From Candidatus Nomurabacteria bacterium (lineage in GTDB: Bacteria; Patescibacteriota; Minisyncoccia; Phycocordibacterales; UBA9973), in contig JANPIZ010000008.1 of assembly GCA_031425235.1 (NCBI GenBank), positions 91,377 through 155,376 on the forward strand: a stretch of 64,000 nucleotides of DNA, read 5' to 3'. Of the stretch, positions 37,505-49,593 are shown in pieces. Positions within the stretch are counted from its first letter, which is position 1, and every line of letters begins with the position of its first letter. The notes under the pieces were generated by a model. The model did no database searches and was not told where the DNA came from. It saw only the letters and a list, made by a program, of their open reading frames with translations. A program made the position numbers and the translations under genes.

Positions 37505-38395
37505 ATGGCAGGGACAAAAGAAATTAAAAGAAGAATACTAAGTGTAAAAAACACAAAAAAAATCACCAAGGCAATGGAGCTGGTGGCTGCTTCGAAGATG
37601 AAGCGGGCTGTGAATTCTACTATGGCCTCCAGGCTATATGCCGAATACTCATCTGAAGTTTTATTGTCTATTGCTTCAAACTTAAAGGAGTCTACAAATA
37701 TATTTTTCAATGAACAAACAGAAGGTAAAACATTAGTGGTCTTGATTACTTCAAGTCGAGGACTTTGTGGAGGATACAACGCTCAAGCTATAAAAAAGGC
37801 AATTTCCAAACTAAAAGAATTTGGTGATGAAAAAGAAATCGATATGATAACAGTGGGTAGAAAAGGCGACACAGCAATGCGGAGAATCAATCAACATATC
37901 ACTGCGGTATTTACAGATATTCCCGACGTAAATATTTCACTTGCTGATATTTTCCCACTTTCAAAAATTATTATTGACGGTTACAAGGATCATACGTATA
38001 ACAAGGTATACGTGGTATATACGTACTTTCAATCAGCCCTCGCTCAAAAGCCAGTTGTAAAACAGCTTCTCCCGATATCCAAAGAAGAAATTACAGAAGT
38101 ATTAAAAAATTCAACCACAAAGCTCACTCAAACAAAAACTGACTACTTATTTGAGGGTAATTTTGAAACATTACTTGAATCTCTTGCCCATAAAATCACT
38201 CGGATGCAACTATATCAAATGTTGCTCGAGTCGAATGCCTCTGAACAATCCTCTCGAATGCTTGCCATGAAAAATGCGTCGGATGCTTCTGGAGAAATGA
38301 TAGATGAGTTGACATTAATATTTAACAAAGCAAGACAAGCAAACATAACACGAGAAATTTCGGAAATAAGTGCAGGTATGGCCTCAGTGCAATAA
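37505..38395 (+). CDS. atpG: ATP synthase subunit gamma
   Basis: KITKAMELVA, RGLCGGYN, RQANITREI. Confidence 0.97.
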   Translation: MAGTKEIKRRILSVKNTKKITKAMELVAASKMKRAVNSTMASRLYAEYSSEVLLSIASNLKESTNIFFNEQTEGKTLVVLITSSRGLCGGYNAQAIKKAISKLKEFGDEKEIDMITVGRKGDTAMRRINQHITAVFTDIPDVNISLADIFPLSKIIIDGYKDHTYNKVYVVYTYFQSALAQKPVVKQLLPISKEEITEVLKNSTTKLTQTKTDYLFEGNFETLLESLAHKITRMQLYQMLLESNASEQSSRMLAMKNASDASGEMIDELTLIFNKARQANITREISEISAGMASVQ

Positions 38396-38427
38396 AAATA
38401 TAAGCGAAATTATAAATTATTAGATAA

Positions 38428-39789
<1,362 letters not shown>

Positions 39790-39895
39790 AAATTAAATAT
39801 CTTCTTCTGAAATGTAATCTGTCTGAGCTTGCTAACTCAGCGAACTGCTCGGCTCGTCAGCTTGCGCAAGACATTTCAAAAGAAATATTTAATTT
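39790..39895. repeat. About 105-nt imperfect inverted repeat between atpD and atpC
   Basis: AAATTAAATAT..TTCT..TGAAATGT / ACATTTCA..AGAA..ATATTTAATTT around a GC-rich core. Confidence 0.7.
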
Positions 39896-39909
39896 ATCAA
39901 GCAAAATTT

Positions 39910-40356
39910 ATGGTAAAACAATTAAAACTAAAAATAATAACTCCGGAGCGACTTATCCTTGAAGAAATGGTTGATCAGGTAAGTTTACCTACTACCGAAG
40001 GTGAGATAACTGTCTTGCCTTCTCACATACCCCTTATCTCTGGACTTGGTTCTGGTGACGTGGTGGCCGTCACAAATGGTGACCATGTTCCCATGGCTGT
40101 AGCTGGTGGCTTTGTTGAAATAAAAACAAATATAGATGGCGTAACCGAAGTTGCCGTACTGGCTGACTTTGCTGAACATGTGTCTGAACTCACAGAAGAA
40201 AAAATAGAACAAGCAAAAGTACGAGCCGAAGAACTCAAGAAAGAAATGGAAAACAAAGAACATGTAGACTTTGAACACTTTGAAGCCGAACTCGAACGTT
40301 CGCTCACTCGTGTAAAAATCGCCGATAAATGGCGAAATAGAAAATACAGAATTTAA
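39910..40356 (+). CDS. atpC: ATP synthase subunit epsilon
   Basis: LKIITPE, GEITVLPSHIP, GGFVE; likely start 39910. Confidence 0.94.
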   Translation: MVKQLKLKIITPERLILEEMVDQVSLPTTEGEITVLPSHIPLISGLGSGDVVAVTNGDHVPMAVAGGFVEIKTNIDGVTEVAVLADFAEHVSELTEEKIEQAKVRAEELKKEMENKEHVDFEHFEAELERSLTRVKIADKWRNRKYRI

Positions 40357-40361
40357 AAAAT

Positions 40362-41039
40362 ATGTCTCAATTTTATATTGTAGCTACACCAATAGGTAAC
40401 CTCGGAGACATTACTTTTCGAGCTATTGAGGTACTCAAAAATGTAGATTTGATACTTTGTGAAGACACTCGAGTTACAAAAAAACTACTCGATAAATATG
40501 AAATAAAAAAACCTACCATGAGCTACCATGCACAAAGCAAGCTCGCGAAGGTAGATAAAATTTTTGAATTATTACAAGACGGTAAAAACCTAGCTCTCGT
40601 ATCTGACGCTGGTACCCCCGGAATATCTGACCCAGGAGCGATGCTTGTATCTAAAATAAAAGAAACATTTAGCTCGGAAGAAGTGAAGGTAATACCCATA
40701 CCTGGAGCCACCGCGCTCATAACTGCATTGTCTGCCTCCGGTTTACCAACCCATGAATTTACTTTTCTTGGTTTTTTACCCCATAAAAAAGGAAGGGAAA
40801 CACTATTCAAAGAAATATCACAAGCAAAAAGAACTTTTGCATTCTACGAATCACCCCATAGAATTTTAAAAACACTTGAAGCACTTGCAAAATTTTGCCC
40901 AGATAAAAAAATTTGTATTGCCCGCGAACTGACAAAAATATATGAAGAATTTAAGACAGGTAGTGCAGAAGAGGTTTTAGAATTTTTGACTAAAAATCCA
41001 GTAAAACAAAAAGGAGAATTTACTGTTTTAGTTGCATGA
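40362..41039 (+). CDS. rsmI: 16S rRNA C1402 2'-O-methyltransferase
   Basis: ATPIGNLGDIT, SDAGTPGISDPG, RELTK. Confidence 0.96.
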   Translation: MSQFYIVATPIGNLGDITFRAIEVLKNVDLILCEDTRVTKKLLDKYEIKKPTMSYHAQSKLAKVDKIFELLQDGKNLALVSDAGTPGISDPGAMLVSKIKETFSSEEVKVIPIPGATALITALSASGLPTHEFTFLGFLPHKKGRETLFKEISQAKRTFAFYESPHRILKTLEALAKFCPDKKICIARELTKIYEEFKTGSAEEVLEFLTKNPVKQKGEFTVLVA

Positions 41040-41094
41040 TAGAGGCATAGTGTAATATAATTCTTATATTAATCATTAAGAAGATACGCTCAGG

Positions 41095-41484
41095 ATGAAC
41101 ATTCATTTCTACAAAGATATTTATAAAGACATTTTTAAAAGTAGTGAAGGGTTAGATGCAGAAACATATAAGGATCTTCTTGCAAAGCAACTTATTCTGC
41201 GGGATTATCTCGCGATAGAACGAACAATACTGACAAACGAAGCTACTTTTTTAGCTTATATCCGAACGAGTTTGACTGTCATGGTTGTGGGAGTAACTTT
41301 GTTTAAATTATATGAGTACAATATTAATCCTATCTTACATACAGCAGGTATTGTCTTAGCATTAATTGGATTTATTATATTGGCTATTGGAGCAAGTAGA
41401 ACAATCGACATGAAGAAAAAAATAAACAAATTTCTCCAAAAAAGGCGCGAAGCTGAACAAGTCATTTCTTCTGTTAGTAATTAG
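41095..41484 (+). CDS. DUF202/YidH membrane protein
   Basis: LAIERT.LTNEATFLAYIRT plus two TMs. Confidence 0.85.
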   Translation: MNIHFYKDIYKDIFKSSEGLDAETYKDLLAKQLILRDYLAIERTILTNEATFLAYIRTSLTVMVVGVTLFKLYEYNINPILHTAGIVLALIGFIILAIGASRTIDMKKKINKFLQKRREAEQVISSVSN

Positions 41485-41490
41485 GCAGTA

Positions 41491-43449
41491 TTACAATAAA
41501 TCTTCAGGGTCTACAAATATTTCAAAATCAAAAGGCAATCCTCTTAGTTTTGTAAGTAATTTCTGGTCTATTGTGGTGTTCGTGGAAAGCTCCGGAAGGG
41601 ACCAATCTTTTGTTTCTATCTTTATAAGGGCGTTAACCACATATTTTCTTTTAACATACGATACAAAACCACTAAAAATGAGCGGTTTGTACTCAGCCAA
41701 AACCTCTTCGAATATTTTCTTTGCTTGAGTCGTATTCGTTTTACTGCCTGAATATTTTATTTTTATAAAACGCTTAAAGGGAGGGTATCCAAGGCGAGCT
41801 CTATCTTTTAACTCGCTTCGAATGAATAATAGGAGATTTCTTGATTGAATAGCCTTAATTGCGGGATCAGTGTCATTTTTTGTTTGAATAATAAGTTTTT
41901 GTGATGTTTTAGTGATAATGCCACTTACAATCTGTAGCACTTTTTCACTGATAGTAAAATTTGGAATACTCCAAAATGAATCAAAGGAAGCTACTACCGA
42001 CAATGGCACTTTATTTTTTATGTAATGTATTGCCATTTCAGTACCGACTAAAATAGCGCCAGAAGTTTCTTCAAACTCAGTGATTATTTTCAACGCCTCC
42101 TTTTTTGTTTTTACGGATTCCCGGTCCAATCTAAATATTTTTACGTCTGGAAAGATAGTGCTGAGCTCCTGTTCGACTGTTTCAGTACCTATACCAAGTG
42201 GGGAGAGGTTCCAGCTATCACAGTTAGAACAAATGACGTCGCTATTTTTTTCGTCTCCACATCTATTACAAACAAAAAATCTTTTACCATCTCTATTCGA
42301 CATGTATAACACGAGTGGCGACGAGCAGTTTTTACAGCTTACTAATTCCCCGCAGTCACTACAGATTGTCTGAGTAGCTAAACCTTTCCGCAGCGTAAAT
42401 ACAAAAACATTATTTTGCTTTGAGAGAGAACTGGCTATTTCTCGCAAGCTTTTTTGGGGAAACACTTTAAAAGAAAATGCTTTGCTCTCGACTGCAGGCG
42501 TAGAAGCTTTTAATACTTTAGGATTTTGTATGTCTATTTCTCCCTCGAAGTTGAATCGAAATGATAAAGGATGCATTACTGGCAGGCCTTCGGTAGTCTG
42601 CCTTGATATTGTTTCAAATCGCAGAAGGCTATCACTAATAATGTACTTAGCATTAATGTTTGAAGCAAAAATTTCAACAAACGTCCTCAAGTCAAAGTGA
42701 GGCCTTGCAATCATTTTATAGTTTGGTGAACTCTCGTGTTCAAGTATTATTACTCCAACATCAGTACGGGGAATTGACAGAAAAGGAGTCGTAGCAAGTA
42801 TTAAAACAGTATGCTCTACATTCATAACATTCTTGAATTTTTCAAGGATTTTTTTTGAACTGTATCCCCCATGAAATGTAAAAGTAAATTGCTCTATTCC
42901 CTTCGAAAGGTATTCTTCAAAGTCTACTACATCTTTTTCAGTAGGTAAAACGACAAAGACAGATTTTTTGTTGGCAAAATTTTCACGAATCAAAGTTTTA
43001 TAAATAGATATACGATTTTCAAAATCTTCTTGTAAAAGCAATTTTTCATTCTTGAGTTGGGATAAAGAATTTTTAAAAATTTTCTTAGTATCTATGTATG
43101 CTGCTATAGTATCGTATTCATCTCGAAATAAAGCTGGGATAAGGGAAGTGATGGCACTGTTTTTACTAGAAGCAAAATATACCCCCGTCGACATGATTGC
43201 TTCTATGTATTCTTTTCGGAAAATAGACTTTCCTTTTACTTCAAGGATTTTTTTTAAATTAAAATCCATACCCTTAATGTTCATTTTAGTATCTGTTGCA
43301 TTTTCAACTGAAACAACGAGTGCAAGAGTTTTTGTATTACGCACATAGACACTTACGATGCTCCCCGGGCCTATGTTTTTAGTGGTGAAATATGATAAAT
43401 CGTTCTTTAAAAGTCCCTTTTTTAGCGGTATAACGTTCACGATTTTCAT
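41491..43449 (-). CDS. priA: Primosomal protein N' (degenerate helicase motifs)
   Basis: Two Cys4 zinc fingers, GIGTE, GYPPF. Confidence 0.85.
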   Translation of the reverse strand: MKIVNVIPLKKGLLKNDLSYFTTKNIGPGSIVSVYVRNTKTLALVVSVENATDTKMNIKGMDFNLKKILEVKGKSIFRKEYIEAIMSTGVYFASSKNSAITSLIPALFRDEYDTIAAYIDTKKIFKNSLSQLKNEKLLLQEDFENRISIYKTLIRENFANKKSVFVVLPTEKDVVDFEEYLSKGIEQFTFTFHGGYSSKKILEKFKNVMNVEHTVLILATTPFLSIPRTDVGVIILEHESSPNYKMIARPHFDLRTFVEIFASNINAKYIISDSLLRFETISRQTTEGLPVMHPLSFRFNFEGEIDIQNPKVLKASTPAVESKAFSFKVFPQKSLREIASSLSKQNNVFVFTLRKGLATQTICSDCGELVSCKNCSSPLVLYMSNRDGKRFFVCNRCGDEKNSDVICSNCDSWNLSPLGIGTETVEQELSTIFPDVKIFRLDRESVKTKKEALKIITEFEETSGAILVGTEMAIHYIKNKVPLSVVASFDSFWSIPNFTISEKVLQIVSGIITKTSQKLIIQTKNDTDPAIKAIQSRNLLLFIRSELKDRARLGYPPFKRFIKIKYSGSKTNTTQAKKIFEEVLAEYKPLIFSGFVSYVKRKYVVNALIKIETKDWSLPELSTNTTIDQKLLTKLRGLPFDFEIFVDPEDLL

Positions 43450-43485
43450 GTTTTAATTCTAGCATATTTGTGCTATATTACCCTG

Positions 43486-44499
43486 GTGAAGATTTTTTCA
43501 AAAAAACTCGGAATAGACTTAGGCACGGCAAATACTCTTGTATTTCTCCCTGGTAAAGGAATAGTGCTCAACGAACCTTCAGTAGTCGCTGTATCCGAAC
43601 AAGACAATAAAATTTTAGCAATTGGAGTCGAAGCCAAAGAGATGATTGGAAAAACACCAGAATCTATCATCACATATCGACCCATGAAAGATGGAGTGAT
43701 TGCTGATTATCGAGTAACGGAAGCCATGCTTCATTATTTTATAAACAAAGCCATGGGGAGATTTAATTTTTTTAAACCCGATGTTATGGTATCCGTACCC
43801 GCAGGCGTAACTTCAACCGAACGAAGGGCGGTAGTAGAAGCTGCGATACGCGCAGGCGCTAAAAATGCATATGTCGTCAAGGAGCCGATTTTAGCGGCTA
43901 TTGGTGCCGGTATTCCTATCTACGAATCGAAGGGGTATATGGTAGTTGATATAGGTGGAGGTACTACTGACGTCGCTGTTATCTCACTCGGTGGTATTGT
44001 AGCCTCTACTTCTGTAAAGTGCGCAGGTAATAAAATAGATGCAGCGATTGCAGATTATATTAAGAAAACTTTTAACCTGGCTATAGGTGACCGAACAGCT
44101 GAAGAAGTAAAAATTAAAATAGGCGCCGCTGTGCCGCTTGACGAAGAACTTCAAGTAACCATAAAGGGCCGTGATTTTATCCAAGGTTTACCTCGTAGTG
44201 CTCAAGTCTCTACCAATGAAATAGTGCGTGCAATTGACCCTGAATTGAAACAAATAGTGAAAGCAATAAAAGCAGTACTGCAAGAAACCCCACCAGAGCT
44301 TGCTTCAGATATTATTGACCATGGTATTATTATGACCGGAGGCTCATCACAGCTACGGAATTTTACTGATTTGATTTATTTAAAAACTGGAGTAAAAGCA
44401 TCGCTCGCTGAAGATCCATTATTTTGCGTAGTAAAAGGTACTGGTATCGCGCTAGACCACTTGGACGTATATAAAAAAGCCGTACTCAGTAAGAGATAA
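43486..44499 (+). CDS. mreB: Rod shape-determining protein MreB
   Basis: GIDLGTAN, DIGGGTT, TPPEL; GTG start 6 nt after TGcTATATT. Confidence 0.95.
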   Translation: MKIFSKKLGIDLGTANTLVFLPGKGIVLNEPSVVAVSEQDNKILAIGVEAKEMIGKTPESIITYRPMKDGVIADYRVTEAMLHYFINKAMGRFNFFKPDVMVSVPAGVTSTERRAVVEAAIRAGAKNAYVVKEPILAAIGAGIPIYESKGYMVVDIGGGTTDVAVISLGGIVASTSVKCAGNKIDAAIADYIKKTFNLAIGDRTAEEVKIKIGAAVPLDEELQVTIKGRDFIQGLPRSAQVSTNEIVRAIDPELKQIVKAIKAVLQETPPELASDIIDHGIIMTGGSSQLRNFTDLIYLKTGVKASLAEDPLFCVVKGTGIALDHLDVYKKAVLSKR

Positions 44500-44508
44500 T
44501 TTGATTTT

Positions 44509-45228
44509 ATGATCAAACATCATTTCAATAAAGAAAATCTACATCACGCATACCTCATAGAGGGCGAAAGAGAATCCATAACACAAGAAATTACTTCTTT
44601 TTTAGAAAGTATTGATATGAAAATTATCAATAATCCTGATGTTGTACAGATACATCTCGACTCTTTTAAAGTTGATAATGCTCGCACGCTCAAATCATAC
44701 GCCACAGAACGCGGGTTGTCGGAAGAAAAAAATGCTAAAAGAATATTCATTATTTCAGCAAACAATTTTTTACTTGAAGCTCAAAACAGCCTCCTTAAAC
44801 TTTTCGAAGAGCCCATACATAACACTCATTTTTTTATCGTAGTGCCAGATACAAGCACATTTATAAAAACTCTTATTTCTAGATTTTACGTTATTACAAA
44901 TACTCAAGACCATAGCTCTAAATTAAAGGGAGCGGAAGAATTTATTACCATGACACCGAAAGCTAGAATCGATTTTTTGAAAGAATTACTAACAGAAGAC
45001 GAGGATGAAGATGAAAGTGTGGTTGCTACCGATTCGATTCGTTCCAAATCTTTGCAATTCCTGAACATGCTTGAATCTACCCTGCACTCAAAAATGTCAA
45101 AATCTACTCTTTCTGGAGAGGTATTTGATCATATTTTTAATGTTAGAAAATATTTACGTCAGCCGGGGAGTTCACCAAAGACATTAATGGAATCAGTGGC
45201 TCTCATTACTCCTAGTTTCTCAAAATAG
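44509..45228 (+). CDS. holB: DNA polymerase III delta'-like protein
   Basis: HHAYLIEG, NPD, AQNSLLKLFEEP, TLISR. Confidence 0.8.
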   Translation: MIKHHFNKENLHHAYLIEGERESITQEITSFLESIDMKIINNPDVVQIHLDSFKVDNARTLKSYATERGLSEEKNAKRIFIISANNFLLEAQNSLLKLFEEPIHNTHFFIVVPDTSTFIKTLISRFYVITNTQDHSSKLKGAEEFITMTPKARIDFLKELLTEDEDEDESVVATDSIRSKSLQFLNMLESTLHSKMSKSTLSGEVFDHIFNVRKYLRQPGSSPKTLMESVALITPSFSK

Positions 45229-45251
45229 ATTTTACGTGATAGAATATAGCT

Positions 45252-45791
45252 ATGCAGTATAATTTTTCAAATTTCAAATCAGAATTAAAGAAAGTAGAGG
45301 AATTTCTCGGCAAGGAATATCGAGAACTCAATGTCGGACGTGCCTCACCTATGGTACTCGACAGTATTAGTGTAGAGTCTTACGGTTCATATGTGCCACT
45401 TAAGAATGTGGCATCAGTTGCCATCGAAGATCCGAAAACCCTTCGCATTACCGCATGGGATAAAACTCAAATAAAAGGTATTGAAAAAGCCATCATGGGT
45501 GCCAACCTCGGCCTTTCCGTCGCTGTAGACGATGGAGGTATGCGAGTAATTTTCCCTCAGCTCACCACGGAGTCTCGTCGGTCGCTTGTAAAAATACTCA
45601 AAGAAAAACTTGAAGAGTCACGTATCACTGTTCGCCAAGAACGGGAAAATGTAATTAAAGATATGGACAACGCAACAATGACAGAAGACGAAAAATTTAC
45701 CGCCAAAGAAGAACTTCAAAAGATTATCAACGAAGCTAACGCAAACCTAGAAGCGACTTTCGATAAAAAAGAGAAAGAAGTAATGGGGTAG
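45252..45791 (+). CDS. frr: Ribosome recycling factor
   Basis: GRASP, FPQLTTESR, KKEKEVM. Confidence 0.95.
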   Translation: MQYNFSNFKSELKKVEEFLGKEYRELNVGRASPMVLDSISVESYGSYVPLKNVASVAIEDPKTLRITAWDKTQIKGIEKAIMGANLGLSVAVDDGGMRVIFPQLTTESRRSLVKILKEKLEESRITVRQERENVIKDMDNATMTEDEKFTAKEELQKIINEANANLEATFDKKEKEVMG

Positions 45792-45809
45792 GTCTGGTCT
45801 TATTGTATT

Positions 45810-46670
45810 ATGCTTGAAAAGCCAATCACGAAACAAGTAGCAACTAATCTTGGTAATCCAAATAATTACTCATTGATAAGTCCATCAGTGAAGTTAGGCT
45901 TTTTGGCAGATGAGGAAATTAAACAAAATAGAACAAGAATTGAGAACGACGAAGAAAGACATATCAGAACCTTTACCGACAAAGAGACTGGTGAAGTGTT
46001 TTACGAAATGAAACCAGAGAGCAATCCAAAGGCACAAATGCTTTTGTCCCTTTTTCTAAAAGGGGTAGTAAATGTTACTGATATTATAAAGGTTGATAAT
46101 GTATATTATGCTCATAAGCAAGATTTCAGTAAAATTGAATCGACTGAAAATAATATCGTTCCTCAATTAAAAGCTGATATGTTATTATTAAATTTAGGAT
46201 TTGAAGATTTTGATCATAAATATTATGAGCGCAGCACAAGTGAGCGAGATCAAATCATTGCAAAACAAGACGGGCTTTCTGAACACCACAACTTAATCAC
46301 AGATGAAGCTAATGGAAAGTATGTTTTCTTTGATTTCAATAACCCTTCTTGGCAATGGCTGGAAAAAATTAAAAAAACTCGTGATCCAGAAATGTTAGAA
46401 AAAATATTTGAAGCTAAGTTTACTAACAAATACTTTTCTGAAGACATAAATAAAGACGAAATACTGGAAACTATTAAAAATAAATCAACGACTCTTTTAA
46501 ATAATTATGGTAATCTTGAGTCCGATGCTTTCAAACAAATTGTAAAAAGATCGGAAATTGAATTATCAGAAAATGACAGAGAACTCGTATTAAACGGTAT
46601 TAAATTAAGATTACAAACACTGGTTAAAGTAATATCAAAACTTAAACCTAATAATAACAAAAATATATAA
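45810..46670 (+). CDS. Hypothetical protein, possible atypical kinase-like fold
   Basis: 286-aa ORF; DFDH...HNL...FFDF spacing. Confidence 0.6.
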   Translation: MLEKPITKQVATNLGNPNNYSLISPSVKLGFLADEEIKQNRTRIENDEERHIRTFTDKETGEVFYEMKPESNPKAQMLLSLFLKGVVNVTDIIKVDNVYYAHKQDFSKIESTENNIVPQLKADMLLLNLGFEDFDHKYYERSTSERDQIIAKQDGLSEHHNLITDEANGKYVFFDFNNPSWQWLEKIKKTRDPEMLEKIFEAKFTNKYFSEDINKDEILETIKNKSTTLLNNYGNLESDAFKQIVKRSEIELSENDRELVLNGIKLRLQTLVKVISKLKPNNNKNI

Positions 46671-46673
46671 TAT

Positions 46674-47828
46674 ATGAGCATACTTATCTTTATCGTAATC
46701 TTACTTGTTCTCGTTCTTGTTCACGAATGTGGTCACTTTTTTTCTGCTAAAAAATTCGGTATACGCGTAGATGAATTTGGTTTCGGTTTTCCACCAAAAT
46801 TATTTGGTAAGAAAATAGGGGAGACAGAGTACACTGTCAATTTACTACCGATCGGTGGCTTTGTGAAAATTTTCGGGGAAGATCCAAATGAAGAAAATAT
46901 AAATGGACCTGATGCTGCGCGAAGCTTCGTACATAAACCAAAATGGCAGCAGGCCATCGTTCTTATGGCGGGCGTAGCAGCAAACTTTTTGCTTGCGTGG
47001 CTACTTTTTTCTATCGGATTTATGTCCGGCTTGCCTACCTCAGTAAATAGCGCTGACCCAAAATATGAATTATCAAATGTGAGCCTTGTGGTAGTTTCTG
47101 TGGCTCCTGATTCACCCGCAATGAAAGCGGGTCTGCAATCTGGCGACAAAATAATTGCTATAGATTCTACAACTTCTTCAGATTTAGCAGCTAGTCAAGG
47201 AATTAAAAATCCAAGCCCGGATCAATTGAAAGATTTTATTGTTAAAGAAGGATCAGTCTCTAAAGAAGGCCAACTTGCAGGTCAACTATCTCCAGTATTA
47301 GGAATCACATATACTCGTGGTAATACTGAAGAACAAATAGCATTCATAATGCCAGATCAAAACTCAGGAACTGGAGAAGCTACCATAGGCATATCCATGG
47401 ATCAAATAGGAACCGCAAAATTGCCTATTTTTAAAGCTTTTTACGAAGGAGCTAAACTTACCCTAATTGTTACAAAGGGCACAGTGGTGGGGCTTTACAC
47501 GCTTATTACCGATGGTTTAAAAGGTAAAGGCAGTCTGGATGCAGTTACTGGCCCAGTGGGTATGGTCGGTATTGTAGGCGATGCGTACCAATTCGGATTC
47601 GTATACCTATTATCCTTTGCAGCACTTATATCTATAAATCTAGGAATTATAAACGCGATACCTTTCCCTGCACTCGATGGTGGGCGACTCTTCTTCCTCA
47701 TTATAGAAAAAATAAAAGGCTCACCGATAACTCCCAAAATAGCGAACACTGCGAACATGATCGGGTTCGGACTACTTATACTTCTCATGGTTGTCGTAAC
47801 ATATCACGACATAGCTAAGTTATTCTAG
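46674..47828 (+). CDS. rseP: Site-2 intramembrane metalloprotease
   Basis: HECGH, PDZ-like domain, NAIPFPALDGG. Confidence 0.93.
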   Translation: MSILIFIVILLVLVLVHECGHFFSAKKFGIRVDEFGFGFPPKLFGKKIGETEYTVNLLPIGGFVKIFGEDPNEENINGPDAARSFVHKPKWQQAIVLMAGVAANFLLAWLLFSIGFMSGLPTSVNSADPKYELSNVSLVVVSVAPDSPAMKAGLQSGDKIIAIDSTTSSDLAASQGIKNPSPDQLKDFIVKEGSVSKEGQLAGQLSPVLGITYTRGNTEEQIAFIMPDQNSGTGEATIGISMDQIGTAKLPIFKAFYEGAKLTLIVTKGTVVGLYTLITDGLKGKGSLDAVTGPVGMVGIVGDAYQFGFVYLLSFAALISINLGIINAIPFPALDGGRLFFLIIEKIKGSPITPKIANTANMIGFGLLILLMVVVTYHDIAKLF

Positions 47829-47847
47829 ACAAAAATAAATTTAAATT

Positions 47848-49554
47848 ATGACAAGTGAAACAAAAAATTGTCAAAATTGTAAAACAGATTTTGTAATAGA
47901 ATCTGGAGACTTTAACTTTTATGAAAAAATAAAAGTTCCACCGCCGACCTTTTGTCCGAACTGTAGACTTACGCGTAGATTTCTCCATTCAAATGAAATG
48001 GTGTTATACAAACGTAAATGCGACCTGACTCAAAAAGATATTTTTAGCATGTATCCACCTAAAACACTTTTTCCTGTCTATGAGACATCGGAGTGGTATT
48101 CTGACAAATGGGATGCATATGAATATGGGATGGATTTCGATGAGACCAGACCCTTTTTAGAGCAATTTTTAGAGCTCCAAAATAAAGTACCGCGTATGGC
48201 TCTGACACAACAAGGTCAAACAATTAATAGTGCGTATACTCATAGAGTATCTTATCCAAAAAACTCATACATGGCTTTTCGAGCTTCTTATCCAGAGGAT
48301 TGTTTGTATGTGTATAACGCCAAGTACACTCGAAATTGCGCTGACTCAATATGGATTTTTGACTCAGATCTTTGTTATGAATGTATAAATGTAGAAAATT
48401 GTTACAACTTAAAATATAGTCAAGAATGCAAAGATTCCCGTGATTCCAGCTTTTTATACAGTTGTAAAAACACCTCAAATTCAACTTTATGTGTTAATTT
48501 AGTCAACGCAGAGTGCTGTATTTGGAATAAAAAATATACAAAAGAAGAGTACGTCAAAAAATTAGCAAACATGGGACTCAATAAATTTTCTAACGTTGAG
48601 AAGCTAAAGAAAGAGTTTGAAGAGTTTAGAAAGAAATTTCCACAAAGAGCTGTGGCTTCATTAAAATCTGAGCAAGTGTCTGGTAACTGGTTTTCGGGTT
48701 GCAAAAATGTTCATGAATCATTTGATTGCGTCAATGTAAAAGATGGCAAATATTTATTCATGGTTTTCAATGCCGAAGATTGTATGGATTTTTTCGAATG
48801 GGGCAACAAAGCCGAGCAAATCTATGAGACAACTAATGCTGGTCTCAATGTTGCCAGATTATACTTTTGCTTTCAGTGTTGGATGGGAGCAACAGATCTG
48901 TATTACTGCAACACATGTCCTGGTGCACGAAACTGCTTTGGTTGCGTGGGTCTAAAGAAAGGCGAATACTCTATTCTAAACAAGAAGTATTCGAAAGAAG
49001 AATATGAAATTTTAAAAGAAAAAATTATTAAGCATATGCAAAAAATGCCTTTTATAAGTAATACTGGTATTGAATATAAATTTGGGGAATTTTTTCCTCC
49101 AGAATTTTCAGATCATGCTTATAATGAAACCATCGCAAATTATTATTTTCCACTTTCACAAGAGGAAGCTTTGTCTCGCGGTTATAAATGGAAAGACAAG
49201 GAAAAAGTAGTCCACCAGACGACAGTCAAAGCTAAGGATCTGCCAGACACAATAGAAGAAGTAACTGACGCCATACTCAATGAAATCATAGAGTGCGGAG
49301 AAAAAGATAATCCAGAATCAGTTGGAGCGTTTCGCATAACTCCAAATGAGCTCAATTTTTATAGGAAAATGAATATTCCACTACCGAGAGTATGCTTTAG
49401 CATCAGACACTTGCGCCGGATGGACAGGAGACCAAAACTAAACATTTTTAAGAGAAAATGTGATAAGTGTAGTGTTGAAGTTGAAACAGTATATACTAAA
49501 GAGCATGCACCGGTATTGTATTGTGAAAAATGTTATCAACAAGAAGTTTACTAA
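47848..49554 (+). CDS. Cys-rich zinc-ribbon/repeat hypothetical protein, paralog 2
   Basis: Colinear with 6370..8076 (CQNC, FYEKIKVP, SDKWDAY, LKKGEYSILNKKYSKE, YCEKCYQ.EVY). Confidence 0.85.
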   Translation: MTSETKNCQNCKTDFVIESGDFNFYEKIKVPPPTFCPNCRLTRRFLHSNEMVLYKRKCDLTQKDIFSMYPPKTLFPVYETSEWYSDKWDAYEYGMDFDETRPFLEQFLELQNKVPRMALTQQGQTINSAYTHRVSYPKNSYMAFRASYPEDCLYVYNAKYTRNCADSIWIFDSDLCYECINVENCYNLKYSQECKDSRDSSFLYSCKNTSNSTLCVNLVNAECCIWNKKYTKEEYVKKLANMGLNKFSNVEKLKKEFEEFRKKFPQRAVASLKSEQVSGNWFSGCKNVHESFDCVNVKDGKYLFMVFNAEDCMDFFEWGNKAEQIYETTNAGLNVARLYFCFQCWMGATDLYYCNTCPGARNCFGCVGLKKGEYSILNKKYSKEEYEILKEKIIKHMQKMPFISNTGIEYKFGEFFPPEFSDHAYNETIANYYFPLSQEEALSRGYKWKDKEKVVHQTTVKAKDLPDTIEEVTDAILNEIIECGEKDNPESVGAFRITPNELNFYRKMNIPLPRVCFSIRHLRRMDRRPKLNIFKRKCDKCSVEVETVYTKEHAPVLYCEKCYQQEVY

Positions 49555-49593
49555 ACTTAGTAGAGAAGTATCAGCGTACTAGCATGATAGTAT

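Noticed and set aside
42479-42508. STPAVE segment in priA as a decayed palindrome insert
   Set aside because: Pairing is too weak and there is no second copy in the window
41491-43449. priA, the short rel homolog, the short atpH and the M24 peptidase as pseudogenes
   Set aside because: The ORFs are uninterrupted; domain loss fits genome streamlining
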